64,000 nt of DNA from contig JAEYPR010000021.1 in NCBI GenBank assembly GCA_023410535.1, positions 42,368 through 106,367 on the forward strand, given 5' to 3'. The notes under the pieces were generated by a model that had not been told where the DNA came from, searched no databases, and saw nothing but the letters and a program-made list of their open reading frames with translations. The stretch is from Bacillota bacterium. Lineage in GTDB: Bacteria; Bacillota; UBA4882; UBA8346. Positions 27,933-36,963 of this stretch are shown in pieces (position 1 is the first letter of the stretch; every line of letters starts with the position of its first letter). The position numbers and the translations under genes were made by a program.

Positions 27933-28365
27933 GCCGATGTGCATGGAGGATTTGGAGGCGGTGCTCGAAATTGAGCACGTATCGTTCGCTACGCCGTGGT
28001 CGCGGGATTCGTTCGTTTATGAGTTACTCGAAAACCAACGCGCAGTGTACCTCGTGGCGCGAAATGAAATGAAACGCGTCGTCGGTTACATCGGAATGTG
28101 GGTGGTCTTTGACGAGGGTCATATCACCAATTTGGCGACTCACCCGGTCTTTCGCCGCCAGGGGATCGGCCGGGCTTTGCTTGATAAACTAACTGAGGTT
28201 TCTCAGACGCACGGGGTCAAATACTTAACCTTGGAGGTGCGGCGTTCGAACGTGTCGGCCCAAGAGCTATATCAGAAAACCGGGTTTGTCCATATGGGAG
28301 TCAGGCGCCGTTATTATCTGGACAATAATGAAGATGCTTTTATCATGTGGAAAGGGCCGATTTGA
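27916..28365 (+). CDS. rimI: Ribosomal-protein-alanine N-acetyltransferase
   Basis: IEPMCMEDLEAVLEIE..SF..PWS, GNAT motif A FRRQGIGRALL. Standard position after tsaB. Confidence 0.85.
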   Translation: MAMTIEPMCMEDLEAVLEIEHVSFATPWSRDSFVYELLENQRAVYLVARNEMKRVVGYIGMWVVFDEGHITNLATHPVFRRQGIGRALLDKLTEVSQTHGVKYLTLEVRRSNVSAQELYQKTGFVHMGVRRRYYLDNNEDAFIMWKGPI

Positions 28366-28560
28366 CAGATCCGCTGTCAATCGTGAACCGGCATTGGGTC
28401 CGGTGGGTGCTCTGATGGCGCGTAGCGAGTATTAAGGTTTTACATGAGATTTTTGGGTGAAAGTAAAAAATATTTTGTCGCAACGAAGGAATGAAAGGCA
28501 TTCGCGTGCAATTATTTATATTAAGTTTTCGTGAAAAATATATTGCGATGAGGTGACACG

Positions 28561-29211
28561 ATGATCACAGCCGGAAACAATTTGGAACAGGCGCAGCGGG
28601 ATCTTTTGAAGATGGGAAACCTCGTTGAGGAAACGATGAAGATGGCCATTCAAGCGCTACGGGAACAGAACCCTCAGCTGGCGTTGGTGGTAATCGAACG
28701 CGATGACACCATTGACAACTTGCAAATCGTGATTGAGGAAGAGATCGAACGGACCGTATCCAATACACCACCGCTTGGCTTTGATTTGAAACGAGACTTT
28801 GCAATGATAAAAATTGTAAATGACCTGGAGCGGATCGGAGATTACGCAACCAATATTGCCGAAGTGGTCTTGGAATTGAAAAATCAAGCGTATCTCAAAC
28901 CGTTGGTCCATATTCCCCAATTAGCCACGGTTGCGATGCAGATGGTTTCGACCGTATTGAAAGCGTTTGTAGAAAAAGATATTGATTTGGCGGAAGCGGT
29001 TTGTCGCAAAGATGAAGAAGCGGATAACCTTTATGACGAGATCTGTGCCGAGTTGGTCAAGATGACTGGGGCGGAAGCGGATCCGGTTAAAGCGTATCAA
29101 GCTTCTCGTTTTTTATTAGTCTCCGAATGGCTGGAGCGGGCGGCTGATCATGCCACCAACATTGGCGAGCAGACGATTTATATCCTCACCGGTAAACGTG
29201 TGAAATATTAA
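28561..29211 (+). CDS. phoU: Phosphate-signalling regulator PhoU
   Basis: Two PhoU repeats, each ending in the DLERIGDYATNIAE / WLERAADHATNIGE motif. 216 aa. Confidence 0.9.
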   Translation: MITAGNNLEQAQRDLLKMGNLVEETMKMAIQALREQNPQLALVVIERDDTIDNLQIVIEEEIERTVSNTPPLGFDLKRDFAMIKIVNDLERIGDYATNIAEVVLELKNQAYLKPLVHIPQLATVAMQMVSTVLKAFVEKDIDLAEAVCRKDEEADNLYDEICAELVKMTGAEADPVKAYQASRFLLVSEWLERAADHATNIGEQTIYILTGKRVKY

Positions 29212-29367
29212 TAACGGACCTTGGAAATACCATCCCGGACCGACTCGGTCCGGGATTTTTTTACGTACTACTTCGGGCGCTGATCACATAGATATGATAT
29301 TGGTTTATTGTCCATTTGCCAAAAAAACAGCTCGTAACGATTTGGAATTTACTAAGGGGGAATCTGT

Positions 29368-30102
29368 TTGACGGGGAAGTGTATTCTGCCCTTGCATATT
29401 ATTTTATTGGCGGGAATCGTGATGATCTTCATGACGATTCAAACCTGGGCGGTGAACCATGTGACTTGCGAAGACGGGGAAGATTTTCAATTGGAGGAGC
29501 AGGTAGCCACCGATTCCAACAATATTCCCTTCGCTTCGAACGACAAGATCGTTGTAGATACAAAACAATTGCGTTTGTATTTTTACCGTGATCAAGTTCT
29601 CTTTAAAACCTATGCGATTGCGATCGGAACCAGCGAAACTCCGACCCCGATTGGCGAGTGGCGGATCATTCACAAGGGGGGGAACTGGGGCGACGGTTTT
29701 GGCGCGCGTTGGATCGGGATTAACGTTCCCTGGGGTATTTATGGGATTCACGGCACCAACAAACCGGGGACGATTGGCTACCGTTCCAGTCATGGTTGCA
29801 TCCGTATGTTCAACCAGCATGTAATTGAGTTGTATAATTACGTAAAAGTCGGGACGCCGGTAATTATCTTAGGGGACCCTCCGGTTGTGACGCCGCGGGC
29901 TGAATTTCGACCCAAAAGTTCGGGAAAAGATGTTTCCATGGTCCAATTTGCCATGCGGCGGCATGGGTTTAACCCGGGCAATTTGGATGGGCGTTATGGA
30001 GAGACAATGGAACAGGCGGTAAAACGGATGCAATTTTTTTATGGGCTGACCCCCAGCGGCCGCTTGACCATGGTCGAACAATATTTGCTTGGTTTGCGTT
30101 AA
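29368..30102 (+). CDS. L,D-transpeptidase (YkuD domain) with C-terminal peptidoglycan-binding domain
   Basis: YGIHGTNKPGTIGYRSSHGCIRM catalytic motif. C-terminal PG_binding_1-like segment (VQFAMRRHGFNPGNLDGRYGETMEQAVKRMQ). TM/signal anchor. Confidence 0.85.
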   Translation: MTGKCILPLHIILLAGIVMIFMTIQTWAVNHVTCEDGEDFQLEEQVATDSNNIPFASNDKIVVDTKQLRLYFYRDQVLFKTYAIAIGTSETPTPIGEWRIIHKGGNWGDGFGARWIGINVPWGIYGIHGTNKPGTIGYRSSHGCIRMFNQHVIELYNYVKVGTPVIILGDPPVVTPRAEFRPKSSGKDVSMVQFAMRRHGFNPGNLDGRYGETMEQAVKRMQFFYGLTPSGRLTMVEQYLLGLR

Positions 30103-30121
30103 TGAAGCGGAGGTGGATCGG

Positions 30122-31390
30122 ATGGTAGTAATCCGCCGTAAATATCTATGGATAATTGGTCTTGGACTGCTGTTTCTCATCGGCTTCGCCATCGGGGTCA
30201 CAATGTATCAACCCCATTATCGACTTGGAGAATGGGAAATCCCGCTTAACCCCAATGCCAAAATTAATCCGAAACAGACCTACCATTTGACGGTGTGGGA
30301 TTATAATTATCCTTTGCAAACAATCAATTACTCAAAATACTTAAACCAAGCAATCGCTCGCTTTCAACAGCAATATCCCAATATTAAAGTTCAGGTTAAA
30401 CTGCTCGACTTGCTGGAGGGTCCGCGCCAAATCGCCAAGGCTTTAAAAGATGGGAACTTGCCGGATGTCTACTGTTCGGCTTACCATATCCCGCAGTTTG
30501 ATTGTCGTTGGCAGATTCCGGTTGGGCCTTTTTGTCAAAACGGGGAGTTAACTTCTTTCCGGCCGGAAGTGGCGGAAATGGGTAAGGTGGCCGGAGTTCA
30601 GTGCGCCTTCCCGCGTTGGGTCGCCCCGGTCGTTTGGATCGGCAATCGGCAACTTTTGGCTGCAAACGGCTTGGAGGTTGCGAAACTTACAACCAATGGT
30701 TGGCAATGGGAAGACTTGCTCCAAACGTTGGAACGGAGCAAAGGGAGTCTAAAGTTTGCGGCGTTCCCGGGTGACGGAGGTTTTTTTGGTCAATTGCTGA
30801 TGGATGGCTCGGGAAAAATTTCTGAGAACAACCGGGAGTTTGGAGTGGCTGTCCTAAAACGTTTGGTCAGCGCCAGAGCGACTACCGGCGATTATTCCAA
30901 TAACGCGATCGGCCGGTTTTTAGCCGGAAGAACTTTAGTTATTGCCGATGGGCGGTTGAGTTTATACCGGGTAATCAAGGACAAAACGAGTACCAATCAA
31001 AACGCAACGGTGGATCCGGTAATTCTGCCCGGACCGGCCAAAAACGGCGGGCGTAGTTACCTGCGGGCCGAGAACGGCGTCATCGCGATTTATCGTAATT
31101 GGAAAACCCGAGGTGATGCCCATATTGCGGCGGCAGTTCGTTTGGGTTATTTTTTAAGCACCTACCCGGGAATCGAACCTTGGCAAGAAATGATGGTATA
31201 CCCTGCCGCAATTGATTCGGGTCGGGTCTGGGAAAACAGGACGGGGATAGCAGTCGGAGCGTTGTTGAAGCCGATCGCTTTGGTCAACCGGAACCGGCCC
31301 TTGGCGGAAACGCCGGCTTTGCGACTGCTCGATGAATATTTGGCTGGGAAAAAGCAACTTTCCGATCTCGAAAATATGAAACTAAGATAA
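30122..31390 (+). CDS. Membrane-anchored protein with weak solute-binding-protein-like features; function unknown
   Basis: N-terminal TM. LTVWDYNYP...FQQQYPNIKVQVKLLD...LPDVY resembles the N-terminus of family 1 SBPs. There is no adjacent permease or ATPase. Confidence 0.4.
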   Translation: MVVIRRKYLWIIGLGLLFLIGFAIGVTMYQPHYRLGEWEIPLNPNAKINPKQTYHLTVWDYNYPLQTINYSKYLNQAIARFQQQYPNIKVQVKLLDLLEGPRQIAKALKDGNLPDVYCSAYHIPQFDCRWQIPVGPFCQNGELTSFRPEVAEMGKVAGVQCAFPRWVAPVVWIGNRQLLAANGLEVAKLTTNGWQWEDLLQTLERSKGSLKFAAFPGDGGFFGQLLMDGSGKISENNREFGVAVLKRLVSARATTGDYSNNAIGRFLAGRTLVIADGRLSLYRVIKDKTSTNQNATVDPVILPGPAKNGGRSYLRAENGVIAIYRNWKTRGDAHIAAAVRLGYFLSTYPGIEPWQEMMVYPAAIDSGRVWENRTGIAVGALLKPIALVNRNRPLAETPALRLLDEYLAGKKQLSDLENMKLR

Positions 31391-31422
31391 GGCAGGTTCC
31401 AAACCTGCCTTATCTTAGTTTT
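31382..31422 (+). terminator. Intrinsic terminator
   Basis: 16-bp perfect stem CTAAGATAAGGCAGGT / ACCTGCCTTATCTTAG, then TTTT. Confidence 0.85.
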
Positions 31423-31537
31423 ACGCCGGCCGTCTGAGAAGAGACGACATCCTAATTTACATATTGTTGAAGGATTCCCTTCGCTCCCTGTCGAATTAAT
31501 ACCTAAATCTTGTGAAGTCGATGATGGAGGAGCAGGT

Positions 31538-32461
31538 ATGGTAGGGGAAAAAATCCTGATTATCGATTCCGACCCGCGTGCAGTTGAGATGGCGGTAATC
31601 AAACTCTCCAGCGCCGGTTATTGGGTCATCACCAGTACCAATGGCGAAGAAGGCTTCGCGAAACTCCAACAGTCAACACCTGACCTGCTGATTATCAACC
31701 CCGAAGTTGATGGCTATCGGGTCATTCATGAGCTTGAAAACCAGCCTAATTACCGAAGCATCGGCGTTATTTTGCTGGCGGACCGTAACTTTGACGAAAC
31801 CAAATTCGGCATTTCCGGGTATCGGGTGGACGATATATTAATCAAACCGTTTACCCCCAAAACCTTATTAAACCGCGTAAACGCTCTAATAGTACAATCC
31901 CGTCTGATCCGTCAGCTTAATCCGTTGACCATGTTACCCGGTAAAATCCATCTGCAACAGAAAATTCGCAACACCGTTAAAAACGGCGAGCAGTTTGAAC
32001 TGATCTTTATCGATCTCAAAGATTTTACCGCCTATAATAAGTTTTACGGCTTTGAACAAGGGAATCAAGTGATTGCTTTTTTGGCCAATCTAATCTTGGA
32101 ACTGATCCCTCATTTTCGGGAACAACTTCCCGAACTCTACCATCTGGGTGGCGATGACTTTTGCTTAATGGTTCGGGCCGGTGCGGCCGAAACCATCAGT
32201 AAGCGGATTTTGGAAGGATTCGATGCCGGAATCGGACGTTATTATCTTGAAGAAGACCGGAATCGCGGCGGATTGGCCGTTCCCAACCGGCGCGGCTTGG
32301 TGGAGCAATGGCCGATCATGACGATTGCGTTGGGGATTGTCAGTAATCAACACCGTCTGATCCAAGATTGGTTGGAGGCGGAGTTAATCGGCACCGAGTT
32401 GCTCGCCTACGCCAAATCGATGCCTGGGAGCCGCTATGTTCGTGATCGCCGTTGTTCATAA
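31538..32461 (+). CDS. Receiver-domain + GGDEF-domain protein with non-canonical sites (Asn at the phospho-acceptor position, GGDDF)
   Basis: KILIIDSD..., PDLLIINPEVDG (N where Asp57 is expected), ILIKPF. GGDEF fold: LNPLTMLPGK, IFIDLKDFTAYN, HLGGDDFCLMV. Confidence 0.75.
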   Translation: MVGEKILIIDSDPRAVEMAVIKLSSAGYWVITSTNGEEGFAKLQQSTPDLLIINPEVDGYRVIHELENQPNYRSIGVILLADRNFDETKFGISGYRVDDILIKPFTPKTLLNRVNALIVQSRLIRQLNPLTMLPGKIHLQQKIRNTVKNGEQFELIFIDLKDFTAYNKFYGFEQGNQVIAFLANLILELIPHFREQLPELYHLGGDDFCLMVRAGAAETISKRILEGFDAGIGRYYLEEDRNRGGLAVPNRRGLVEQWPIMTIALGIVSNQHRLIQDWLEAELIGTELLAYAKSMPGSRYVRDRRCS

Positions 32462-32617
32462 CGTTTGAAAAGATAATGCCGCTGGGTAAACTTGGCGCAG
32501 CCGAACCGCTCATAATATCAGGCTAATTGTTACATTCTATAGTTGGGATACTTGAGCTTACTTTCAAATAATGGGAGTAAGTACAATTGCTGCCGATGAT
32601 CGTGCTGAAAGGATACC

Positions 32618-33478
32618 ATGGATTATAAACCGACCTCGCCACGGGATATCCGTGATATACTGGCCCAACGGAATTTTGCTCCTCGCAAAAGCCTGGGCCA
32701 GAATTTTTTAATTGATAGGAATATTTTGGTAAAGATAACAGATGCCGCTCAATTGGAACCTTCCGATGTCGTTTTGGAGATCGGGCCGGGTCTGGGCGCG
32801 TTAACCCTGGAATTGTTGGAACGAGGCTGCCGTGTTGCTGCGGTGGAATATGATCGCGGGTTGTTCGGTATCCTCGGCGAGCAATTTGCCCAGGAAGAGC
32901 GACTGACCTTATATAACGAAGATTTTATGCAATTTGACCTGTCCCGCATCGCAGAATTCAGCCAATCCGGTATGTTTCATGGCAAGGTTGTCGCCAATTT
33001 ACCGTATTATATAACGACCCCGGCAATTTTTAAGCTGGTAGAGGCGGATGTTCAGTGGCAGTCGTTGGTGTTTTTGATCCAAAAGGAAGTGGCGCAACGG
33101 ATCACGGCTGAACCGGGAGGTAAGGATTACGGCGCTTTAACGGTGATGCTTAATTTCTACGGTCAAGTGGATAAAATCATGACTGTTCCCAAAACGGTTT
33201 TTTATCCGGCGCCCCAAGTTGATTCGGCGGTAGTGCGGATCCGGCCGTTTGACGATCCGGAACGCCGGAAGTTGTATCCCCACTTGCATCGGGTGGTGCA
33301 AGCGGCGTTTGGACAACGGCGCAAAACGATTCAAAATGCATTGCAGAGCGTGGTCGCGGCAAAAGATCAGATTCAGCAACTTTTGGCGTCGCTAAAAATA
33401 GCGCCGACACGAAGAGGGGAGACCCTGAGTGTTGCTGAATTTGAAGCCCTTGCCGTGGCGGTTCGCCAATTAGAATAG
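32618..33478 (+). CDS. rsmA: 16S rRNA (adenine1518/1519-N6)-dimethyltransferase
   Basis: KSLGQNFL.D.NI..KI, VLEIGPGLGALT, NLPYYITTPI-type motif (ANLPYYITTPAIF). Confidence 0.95.
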   Translation: MDYKPTSPRDIRDILAQRNFAPRKSLGQNFLIDRNILVKITDAAQLEPSDVVLEIGPGLGALTLELLERGCRVAAVEYDRGLFGILGEQFAQEERLTLYNEDFMQFDLSRIAEFSQSGMFHGKVVANLPYYITTPAIFKLVEADVQWQSLVFLIQKEVAQRITAEPGGKDYGALTVMLNFYGQVDKIMTVPKTVFYPAPQVDSAVVRIRPFDDPERRKLYPHLHRVVQAAFGQRRKTIQNALQSVVAAKDQIQQLLASLKIAPTRRGETLSVAEFEALAVAVRQLE

Positions 33479-33490
33479 AGGGTGTAACAG

Positions 33491-33961
33491 ATGTTCTTTA
33501 TCAGCCCGACCAAGGGTAGGCTAAATTTTGACCAAGTTTTCGCGGAGCTGGTTGCCTTTATCCAAACGGATGCTGATGCTCATTATAAATTGATTGTCGG
33601 TACTGACTCTCAACTGCGGGAGGACGTCTGTTATGTTACGGCCATTGTTATCCTGAAAGAAGGCAAAGGAGGCCGTTTTTTTTATTCCCGGGAATGGGAA
33701 CCGGCCAAATTAAGCTTGAAACAGCGGATATTTTATGAGACTTCAAAAAGTCTTACCGTTGCCGCCAAGCTTGCGGAGAAACTTAGCGCCGAAGGGTTGC
33801 AGGATTTTAATGTCCAGATCCATCTGGATGTCGGGGAACAAGGAAAAACCAAGGATGTGATTCGCGAGGTAATTGGGATGGTTACCGGCAGTGGTTTTGA
33901 GGCGGTAATTAAGCCAGATTCATATGGTGCCTCAAAAGTGGCCGATAAATACACGAAATAA
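33491..33961 (+). CDS. YkuK-family (DUF458) RNase H-like protein
   Basis: FISPTKG.L.FD.V...L..FI......YKLIVGTDSQ......FVTAIVI...GKGGRFFY: my recollection of the DUF458 pattern. Confidence 0.65.
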   Translation: MFFISPTKGRLNFDQVFAELVAFIQTDADAHYKLIVGTDSQLREDVCYVTAIVILKEGKGGRFFYSREWEPAKLSLKQRIFYETSKSLTVAAKLAEKLSAEGLQDFNVQIHLDVGEQGKTKDVIREVIGMVTGSGFEAVIKPDSYGASKVADKYTK

Positions 33962-34070
33962 TTGGATAATTGCATCAAACCCGTTGACAAACACCTTACC
34001 TTCAAGTATAATATTTAGCTTGACATTTTCGGACAGGCATGATATGCTGTTATTGGATGAATGAAGGAAG

Positions 34071-34343
34071 GTGAACCATTTGGAGGAGACCGGTGTTCTT
34101 GATCGGATTCGGGAAGATTTAGGCGGTTTTGTCGGTGAAGCGATTCGGATCCGTGCTAACCGGGGTCGTAAAAAAATCTTCGAGGTAGAAGGAGTTCTTG
34201 AACAGACATACCCGAAAGTTTTTGTGGTTCGGTTCAAAGAACGTCAGATTGAACGAAGAGTTTCTTACAGCTATGCGGATCTGTTAACTCAAGCGGTTGA
34301 GTTGACAGTGGGGGAAAACCGCATTGGGATGCAAATTCAATAG
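34071..34343 (+). CDS. veg: Veg (biofilm-formation stimulator) protein
   Basis: IR.NRGRKKIFEVEGVLEQTYPKVFVV........RVSYSYADLLT..VEL matches the Bacillus Veg pattern. TTG at 34080 is an alternative start. Confidence 0.85.
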   Translation: MNHLEETGVLDRIREDLGGFVGEAIRIRANRGRKKIFEVEGVLEQTYPKVFVVRFKERQIERRVSYSYADLLTQAVELTVGENRIGMQIQ

Positions 34344-34352
34344 TGAGATTCG

Positions 34353-34377
34353 GCCCGTCTTTGGACGGGCTGTTTTT
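34353..34377 (+). terminator. Intrinsic terminator after veg
   Basis: GCCCGTC-TTTG-GACGGGC followed by TGTTTTT. Confidence 0.8.
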
Positions 34378-34473
34378 CTATCCATTTAACATTGTGGAAA
34401 GCGGCGAACTGCTGCGTCGGGCAATGAAGCATATTGTTTCAGCACGGCTGTTGATATCATAGGGTTTGCAATA

Positions 34474-35496
34474 TCAGGTAAAATATTCAATTTTAGAGGT
34501 TGGGAAGTATTTGGTGACCATTGATTGAATATTTTCTTTCAGTTCGGCGTAGGCGGCTTCGGGATAGAGGTATTTGGTCAAACCGTATTTGCCGAATTTT
34601 TTGCGGCGGTTGGATTCGTCCAGATCCAGCTGGGTATTGGGGAAACGTTCCAGGATCACTTTTTTGGCGCTGGCGGTAAAACGGTGGGTGATCAATTCAA
34701 ACGTTAAATCAGCGGGAATTGGAGTTAACGTTTGGGCTAAATCCCGAAAGAGTTGCTCATAACCTTCTACATAACCGGGATAGATGAAGAGCGGGGCGAT
34801 GATGAAACCCAACGGATAACCGGCTCGGGCGATCTTTCCGGCGGCTTCGATGCGCTCGGCAGCGGAAGCGGTATTGTGTTCGAATTTAGTAATAATTTCG
34901 GCTGAATTCAGGCTGAAACGAAAGCGGGTTTGATCGTTGTGCGCGAGGTGTAACAGACTGTCAACGGCGGCAAATTTCGTCACAACCCGTAAGCGGGCGA
35001 ATGATAGGCTCCCGAAAAATTCGATGGTTTTAGCCAGGGATCCGGTGATATGCTCGACTGCCAACGGGTCGGAGGTGCTGGCCGCTTCAAAGGTAGTGAT
35101 TGCCGGAGCGTTTTGGGCGGTGATTTCCTTAATCTTCAACAAAATCTCATCAGTATTAACATAAACCCGGATGTAGGGTTTCTTGCCTAAATGGGTCTGG
35201 AGATAGCAATATTGGCAACCTCCGGGACAACTGGTCCCCAACGAGAACTCGAAATCTGCCGACGGTTTACAAGTATCCAACCGCAAGTCGCGTTTCACTC
35301 CGACCACTAAAGTCAATTTACTCTCGCGGTAGCTTTGTTGGGGAGTCCCGCCGGGAATGCCGGTGACGCGGTTGTGCGAGCCGGTCAATTGAACCGGAAC
35401 CCCGGCGGCGGTCATCTTATCCCATATCTCCTGACCCAACGGGTATTTTAGCGCATCTTCTTCAAAAAAGGCTCTTTTGGGCTGAAAAAGTTTCAT
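34474..35496 (-). CDS. splB: Spore photoproduct lyase (radical SAM)
   Basis: Collinear with Bacillus SplB as I recall it: YPLGQEI, CPGGCQYCYLQT (CxxxCxxC), KPYIRVYVN, RLRVVTKF, RFRFSLN, GYPLGFIIAPLFIY, ELITHRFT, C-terminus KIEYFT. Confidence 0.92.
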   Translation of the reverse strand: MKLFQPKRAFFEEDALKYPLGQEIWDKMTAAGVPVQLTGSHNRVTGIPGGTPQQSYRESKLTLVVGVKRDLRLDTCKPSADFEFSLGTSCPGGCQYCYLQTHLGKKPYIRVYVNTDEILLKIKEITAQNAPAITTFEAASTSDPLAVEHITGSLAKTIEFFGSLSFARLRVVTKFAAVDSLLHLAHNDQTRFRFSLNSAEIITKFEHNTASAAERIEAAGKIARAGYPLGFIIAPLFIYPGYVEGYEQLFRDLAQTLTPIPADLTFELITHRFTASAKKVILERFPNTQLDLDESNRRKKFGKYGLTKYLYPEAAYAELKENIQSMVTKYFPTSKIEYFT

Positions 35497-35853
35497 CGGG
35501 TTTAAGCTCCTATTTTAGGAAATCGCTTCAACTTATATTGGTTTCACCTAACTGCGTAGAAAATACGCTGAATGCGCTTCTGTCCGCCCAGACCTGAAGG
35601 TCAGGGCTAAGATTAAAACCGATCTCAACCCCGGCTGAAGCCGGGCCGGGTTGTGCTTCGAAGCTTTGCCGAGCCCCGGAGGGGCTTGCTTGCCCGAGCG
35701 GCGACGGGTAGCTAGCGTGGACGACGTATGGTAAACTAAATTCGGCGGATGTTTTATATACTATCCGTATGTTGAGTTTTCATTGCGCAAGTAGCTTTTC
35801 CAAGTAAAATGATTCTAATCCGGCGCTAGGCCGGAAACTGGAGGGTATCAGGA

Positions 35854-36762
35854 ATGATCGATTGGCAGGAGAGAGCGGCGCGGGTTCTTCCGGGAATTAA
35901 ACAGACAGCAAATTTTCCGATGGCTGAATTGACGACATTCAAGATCGGAGGGCCGATTGACCGGTTGCTAGAGCCGGCCGATGAAGCGGAATTGGCTGAG
36001 GTGCTGCAATTTGCGGCGGAAGAGGAGCTGCCGTGGTTGGTGGTTGGCTTGGGCTCCAATCTGCTGGTTCGCGATAAGGGAATTCGGGGTATCGGTATCC
36101 GTTTGATCGGGAAATTCTTAGAATGGAATGTGGAAGGCGAGACCGCCATCAGCGGCGCCGGAGTGGCTTTGAGCGATCTCTCCCGGGGCACTGCTTGCCG
36201 GGGTTTAACGGGACTGGAGTTTGCTTGTGGGATTCCCGGCACGGTCGGTGGAGCGGTCTTTATGAATGCGGGCGCCTATGATGGGGATATTGCGAAGGTT
36301 TTAACCAAGGCGGAGGCCTATTACCCGGGCCGGGGACTGGCATGGTTGGCTGCGGCGGATTTGGATTTCGGGTATCGCCATAGTCGTTTCCAGCACGAAA
36401 CCGCAGTGATTACCCGCGCTGCCTTCGATTTACGCCCGGTTAATCAAGACGACGCCAATTCCCGAATCACCGAGTTAACTTGTCAACGCGAGAGCAAGCA
36501 GCCGTTGGAATGGCCGAGTGCCGGAAGTGTTTTTCGGCGGCCGGAAGGACATTATGTCGGCCCGCTGATTGAGCAAGCCGGCTTAAAAGGTTTCCGGATC
36601 GGTGGAGCCCAAGTATCCCCCAAGCACGCCGGGTTCATCGTTAATGCGGGCGGGGCAACGGCAGCGGATGTTTTGGCGCTGATTGACCATATCCGCAAGG
36701 TGATCCGGGTACAATATGGAGTTGAGCTTGTCCCCGAGATTCGGGTAATTGGTGAAGAATAG
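35854..36762 (+). CDS. murB: UDP-N-acetylenolpyruvoylglucosamine reductase
   Basis: TTFKIGGP, VVGLGSNLLV.D.G, GIPGTVGGAVFMNAGAY, AGSVFRRP, GGAQVS.KHAGFIVN. Confidence 0.93.
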   Translation: MIDWQERAARVLPGIKQTANFPMAELTTFKIGGPIDRLLEPADEAELAEVLQFAAEEELPWLVVGLGSNLLVRDKGIRGIGIRLIGKFLEWNVEGETAISGAGVALSDLSRGTACRGLTGLEFACGIPGTVGGAVFMNAGAYDGDIAKVLTKAEAYYPGRGLAWLAAADLDFGYRHSRFQHETAVITRAAFDLRPVNQDDANSRITELTCQRESKQPLEWPSAGSVFRRPEGHYVGPLIEQAGLKGFRIGGAQVSPKHAGFIVNAGGATAADVLALIDHIRKVIRVQYGVELVPEIRVIGEE

Positions 36763-36963
36763 CGGCTGGATTGTTAACCGGCTAAGTTTGTGGTGCTTTT
36801 TCCAGCTGAAATTTAATTGCTGCAAAAAGGAACTATCGGGTTGATGTCGAAATCAACAGCAAAAGCGCATCCCAAAGCAGAATGTTTATGAAGGTTCAGA
36901 TATATTTTTTAAAACAATTGTTGCAACAACCATTCGCGAAGATGGAAAAAGGAAGGTTTCGGA

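Noticed and set aside
35530-35775. A splA-like small gene upstream of splB (an ~80-codon open frame on the minus strand ending ~35 nt before splB)
   Set aside because: The frame has no ATG/GTG/TTG start after its upstream stop. It encodes low-complexity A/P/S/G-rich sequence, and a second minus-strand frame is also open simply because of high GC. Structured non-coding DNA/RNA is more likely.
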